The notes under the pieces: model-generated
The model's input: the letters and a program-made list of their open reading frames with translations, nothing else
Told to the model about the DNA's origin: nothing
Databases searched by the model: none
Shown: positions 25,612-29,273 of the stretch, piece by piece
Layout: each line of letters begins with the position of its first letter
Numbering within the stretch: the first letter of the stretch is position 1
Made by a program: the position numbers and the translations under genes
Source of the DNA: a candidate division FCPU426 bacterium
GTDB taxonomy: Bacteria > Oederibacteriota > JAAXVQ01 > JAUVAV01
DNA: 29,273 nucleotides
Assembly: GCA_030637655.1 (NCBI GenBank)
Contig: DAOWGI010000105.1
Location: 1-29,273 of the forward strand
Direction of reading: 5' to 3'

Positions 25612-26886
25612 ATGAAAAACGCACTCGGATTAAGCATATTAGGAATTATGTTTTCTGCCATAGCAGTTCAGGCAGAGACCTTGGCACAATTACAGCAGGA
25701 AGCGGAAAAAGCAAATTCCGCGGTCCTGGCAGCGCAGTCTGCCTGGCAGGCCGCTGAGGCCCAAACTGTCCAGCAGGGCTGGTGGCCAAATCCGAAACTC
25801 AAAATGAGTTTTCTAAATCTGCCATCCGGGGAATGGAATTTTTCACGCACCCCCATGAGCGGGAAACAATTGATGTTAATGCAAAAGGTTCCTTTTTGGA
25901 AAGCGCCCCTGCGTGGTAGTGCGGGCGAGGCCAAAGCCAGGGCCGCCCATGCGCAGTGGCAGAACAAGCGCTGGGAAGTTCGGCATGCTGTAACCAGTAC
26001 GGTGGTTCAGCTTTTGTATTTACGTGAGGCTGCGCAGATTCTTCAGAAGAATCAGAAGCTGATTCAGCGTCTGGCTAAAGTGGCCAGAGCAAAATATGAA
26101 GGTGGACGTGGGTTGGAGCAGGACGTGTTACGGGCGGAAGTGGAGTTGGCGCTGCTGGATAATCAGTTGCTTGAGATTAAAGAAAAGCAGCAAACCAAAC
26201 AGGCTAAACTCAAAGCCATACTCAGCCGCTCCCAGGACCGGCCTATAGAGTTGGAGGGAAGCTTACACTGGCAAGCACGCTACCTTAAGCGATCGGAAAT
26301 GCTGCTGCGCGCCCAAGTGAAAAATCCCCGCTTACAACAATTGCAGGCGCAGGTGGAACAAAGTCGTTGGCAACGAAGAATAGCGGACGAGGACTGGATT
26401 CCGGATCTGGAGCTCTCCGGTTATTATACCTGGCGCGAGGCAATCCGCGGAGATCCGGTGGCAGGAGAGGATTTTGCCGGAGTCTCGGCCGGAATTGAAA
26501 TACCACTCTTTTTTTTCAGCCGGGAATTGCCTGCCAGCCGGGAAGCCCATGCCCGCTATGAGCAAAAAAAGAGTCAGCACCAGGCCTGGGAAGACGAGTT
26601 GGCGGCGCAAGTCAACAGTAGTCTGGACCGCATTGACCGCTTGGCCGCTTCCCGTGAGATCTATCATACTCGGGTTCTGCCGCAAGCCAAAGCTGCGCTG
26701 GAATCGTCTTTAACCGCTTATCAAACCGGACGTGTGGAATTCTTGACAGTTGTGAACAATGAAACCATGCTGGTTCGACACGAAATCAGACATCATAAAA
26801 TTATCGCTGAGTATGAACAAGCGCTTGCCCATTTGGAAATGTTGCTGGGAAGCGAGCTGTCAACAGCGAAGGAGGAAAAACAATGA
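25612..26886 (+). CDS. TolC-family outer-membrane efflux protein (CusC-like)
   Basis: Start re-called at ATG 25612. Signal peptide; WPNP.L; QKVPF; KYEGG...QDVLRAEVE; IPDL.L; AY.TG.V.FL.V. Confidence 0.9.
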   Translation: MKNALGLSILGIMFSAIAVQAETLAQLQQEAEKANSAVLAAQSAWQAAEAQTVQQGWWPNPKLKMSFLNLPSGEWNFSRTPMSGKQLMLMQKVPFWKAPLRGSAGEAKARAAHAQWQNKRWEVRHAVTSTVVQLLYLREAAQILQKNQKLIQRLAKVARAKYEGGRGLEQDVLRAEVELALLDNQLLEIKEKQQTKQAKLKAILSRSQDRPIELEGSLHWQARYLKRSEMLLRAQVKNPRLQQLQAQVEQSRWQRRIADEDWIPDLELSGYYTWREAIRGDPVAGEDFAGVSAGIEIPLFFFSRELPASREAHARYEQKKSQHQAWEDELAAQVNSSLDRIDRLAASREIYHTRVLPQAKAALESSLTAYQTGRVEFLTVVNNETMLVRHEIRHHKIIAEYEQALAHLEMLLGSELSTAKEEKQ

Positions 26887-28136
26887 AAACGCTACTTTAT
26901 ACCTTAATGGTTTTTATGGCACTAGGGGGAACAGCAGTAGTCATGACCGCCTGCTCGCCAAACGCATCGCAGCAAGCGACGGTTCAGTACCACTGTCCCA
27001 TGCATCCGACAGTTATATCCGATCACCCGGGCAGTTGCAAGATATGCGGCATGGATCTCGTTCCGATTGAAAAGGAAGAAACGTTTGACGAGGAAGAAAA
27101 TGTTGGTTTACCCACTAAAAAGGAACCGGCCGGCTCACCTACAAAACATGAGCCGGTGCAATACGTTTGCCCTATGCATCCTGAAGAAGTATCCGATCAC
27201 CCGGGGAGTTGTTCCATTTGCGGGATGGACCTGAAACGCCAACCATTGGCACCAGATCACACCGGGTCGCATAGTAAAACGGAAAACATGGATTCATCCG
27301 CGCAGCCTGAAGCGGTAAAAGCCGGAGATGCAACCGATATGAAACCAGTACCGGGATACAGTAAAATTCGTGTGAGCCCGGAACAACAGCAACTCATAGG
27401 TGTTCGTCTGGCACGAGCCGAGCTGCGTATTTTAGAAAAGAAAATTCGCGTAGTTGGAGAAGTGGCGCATGATCCGGAAATGTATCAAGCCCAAGCGGAA
27501 TATTTGAAATCACGGGGCACAGGCTTGCGGGCATCTGCTCGTTTAAAACTTGAACATATGGGCATGAGCTCAAAACAGATTAAACAGCTGGATCGACGCG
27601 GCCGGGCCAAGCGCAATCTTATTGTTAGGGATAAAGATAAAACTTACTGGATTTACGCGTATTTTTATGAGGCGGATTTGCCATTGGTACAGGTCGGACA
27701 AGAGGTCAGCGTTACTGTTCCAACCTTCGGGGACAGAAATTTACCCGGGCGGTTGCAAGCCCTGCGGGCGCATATTGATACCCGGACGCGTAGTATACGC
27801 AGCATCATCGAAGTTTATGATCCCCACCAACGTTTGCAGCCCGGTTTGTTCGTTAATGTTGAAGTTAATGTATCTTTACCCCAAGGATTGGTTATTCCCA
27901 CAGCAGCGGTGATGGATACCGGAAAACGTCAGATTGCTTTTGTTAAAAAGGAAAAAGGAACCTTTATCCCCCGGGAAGTGAAACTAGGCGCAACCGCGAA
28001 TGGTTCTGTTTTAGTGACAGCCGGTATTCAGGCTGACGAGGAGGTTGTGGTAGGGGCGAATTTTATGCTTGATTCAGAAAGTCGTCTTAAAGCCGCGATT
28101 AAATCGGGTGGTGCCGGTGGTGGGCATCAACATTAA
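26883..28136 (+). CDS. cusB: Heavy-metal RND membrane fusion protein with two CPMHP metal-binding domains
   Basis: Lipobox VMTAC; YHCPMHP..PGSCKICGMDL and YVCPMHP..PGSCSICGMDL; QLIGVR; L.PGLFV; VIP..AV.DTG; ANFMLDSESRL; C-terminal HQH. Confidence 0.88.
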   Translation: MKTLLYTLMVFMALGGTAVVMTACSPNASQQATVQYHCPMHPTVISDHPGSCKICGMDLVPIEKEETFDEEENVGLPTKKEPAGSPTKHEPVQYVCPMHPEEVSDHPGSCSICGMDLKRQPLAPDHTGSHSKTENMDSSAQPEAVKAGDATDMKPVPGYSKIRVSPEQQQLIGVRLARAELRILEKKIRVVGEVAHDPEMYQAQAEYLKSRGTGLRASARLKLEHMGMSSKQIKQLDRRGRAKRNLIVRDKDKTYWIYAYFYEADLPLVQVGQEVSVTVPTFGDRNLPGRLQALRAHIDTRTRSIRSIIEVYDPHQRLQPGLFVNVEVNVSLPQGLVIPTAAVMDTGKRQIAFVKKEKGTFIPREVKLGATANGSVLVTAGIQADEEVVVGANFMLDSESRLKAAIKSGGAGGGHQH

Positions 28137-28145
28137 AATTGTTAC

Positions 28146-28163
28146 GTAGGGGTCCGCCCCTAC
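28146..28163. repeat. Minimal GTAG-type REP-like hairpin between cusB and cusA
   Basis: GTAGGGG-tccg-CCCCTAC. Confidence 0.45.
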
Positions 28164-28181
28164 AATAAAAGGGTGATTATT

Positions 28182-29273
28182 ATGATTAATCGATTAATTG
28201 AGTTCTGTCTTAAAAACAAATATCTGGTATTGCTCCTGACCGCACTAATGGTGGGTTGGGGAATCTTTGCCATATCCCGTATTCCCTTGGATGCGATCCC
28301 GGATTTATCTGATACGCAGGTGATCGTCTTTACCGAATGGCCGGGCCGTAGTCCGGATCTGGTCGAAGACCAGATTAGTTATCCCATTATCAGTTCTTTG
28401 CTGGCTGCTCCCAAAGTGAAAACAGTGCGCGGTTACTCCATGTTCGGCATGTCTTTTATCTATGTGCTTTTTGAAGATGGCACGGATATCTATTGGGCCA
28501 GAAGCCGGGTTTTGGAATATATGAGTAAAATTCAAGGACAACTGCCTTCCGGTGTGATTCCCACCTTGGGGCCGGATGCCACCGGTATTGGTTGGGTTTA
28601 TCAATATGTGCTGGAAGATACCAGCGGTAAGCGTGATTTGGCGGAGTTGCGGGGTTTCCAGGATTGGTATTTGCGCTATTGGCTGGAATCCGTCGAAGGC
28701 GTCGCCGAAGTGGCCAGTGTGGGAGGTTTTCAAAAGCAATATCAAATCACTATTGATCCGCACAAATTGCTGGCCAATAATTTCACCTTAAAGCATATTG
28801 TCATGCGTATTCGCCAAAATAATAATGATGTCGGCGGCCGGGTAGTAGAGATGAATGGCCGGGAGTATTTTGTTCGCGGCAGAGGCTACATTAAAAATTT
28901 GGATGATATCCGCAATATTGGTCTGGGAGTGGATAATAAAGGGACACCGATCTATTTAAAAGACATAGCCACAGTTTCTTTTGGTCCGGATATTCGTCGC
29001 GGCGCTGCTGAATTCAATGGCATGGGCGAAGTGGTAGGCGGCATCGTGATTATGCGCTATGGGGAAAACGCCTTAAAAGTGATCAATCGCGTGAAAGAAA
29101 AAATCAAGGATATTGAGCCCTCGTTACCTGACGGCGTTAAAATCCGCATGGTCTATGACCGGTCCGGTATTATTCTAAAAGCCATCAAAACATTGACCAA
29201 GACATTGTCAGAAGAAGGGTTGGTCGTGGCTATCGTGATTTTTATTTTTTTACTTCACTGGCGCGGCGCACTC
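28182..29273 (+). CDS. cusA: CusA/CzcA-family heavy-metal RND permease (5' part; truncated by window end)
   Basis: Not in the ORF track. MINRLIEFCLKNK...IPLDAIPDLSDTQVIVFTEWPGRSPDLVEDQISYP...RGYSMFG.SF.YV.FEDGTDIYWARSRVLEY...LGPDATGIGWVYQY. Confidence 0.95.
   Translation, partial: MINRLIEFCLKNKYLVLLLTALMVGWGIFAISRIPLDAIPDLSDTQVIVFTEWPGRSPDLVEDQISYPIISSLLAAPKVKTVRGYSMFGMSFIYVLFEDGTDIYWARSRVLEYMSKIQGQLPSGVIPTLGPDATGIGWVYQYVLEDTSGKRDLAELRGFQDWYLRYWLESVEGVAEVASVGGFQKQYQITIDPHKLLANNFTLKHIVMRIRQNNNDVGGRVVEMNGREYFVRGRGYIKNLDDIRNIGLGVDNKGTPIYLKDIATVSFGPDIRRGAAEFNGMGEVVGGIVIMRYGENALKVINRVKEKIKDIEPSLPDGVKIRMVYDRSGIILKAIKTLTKTLSEEGLVVAIVIFIFLLHWRGAL

Noticed and set aside
26988-27233. Nucleotide repeat TATCCGATCACCCGGG occurring twice in cusB
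   Set aside because: Explained by the two CPMHP metal-binding domains, which are common in CusB-like proteins.
1-29273. CRISPR array, tRNA/rRNA, riboswitch (e.g. cobalamin upstream of nrdJ) or selenocysteine read-through
   Set aside because: No regularly spaced repeats or recognisable RNA motifs were seen. nrdJ has only a 20-nt leader, and the redox motifs examined use Cys codons. A covariance-model search was not possible.

Overview
Bacterial chromosomal window, probably from a diderm anaerobe (inferred from the beta-barrel, TolC/RND and rubrerythrin/superoxide reductase genes). The left end is accessory-looking. It holds palindromic MITE/REP-like elements, a nucleotidyltransferase with a coupled 53-aa ORF, a PD-(D/E)XK nuclease with a possible PUA/EVE-like C-terminal domain, and a 1400-aa membrane protein that appears to fuse a YidC/Oxa1-like domain to a rifampin-phosphotransferase-type dikinase module. 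Next come a dual-CxxC protein disulfide oxidoreductase, a broken relE-type toxin with an intact antitoxin, an EamA transporter, and a rubrerythrin-desulfoferrodoxin-nrdJ operon. NrdJ carries a 414-aa LAGLIDADG intein ending in Ala-Gln, inserted just before the catalytic Cys. An AT-richer four-gene module follows (beta-barrel protein, TPR protein, TPR-bearing histidine kinase, OmpR-type regulator). After it lie ferritin, flavin reductase, a ferritin-like protein, rubredoxin and ptsI. The window ends with an ECF sigma / anti-sigma-like / periplasmic metal-sensor trio ahead of a CusCBA-type heavy-metal RND efflux operon, with cusA truncated by the window edge. All family calls come from motif recognition by eye; no database searches were run.
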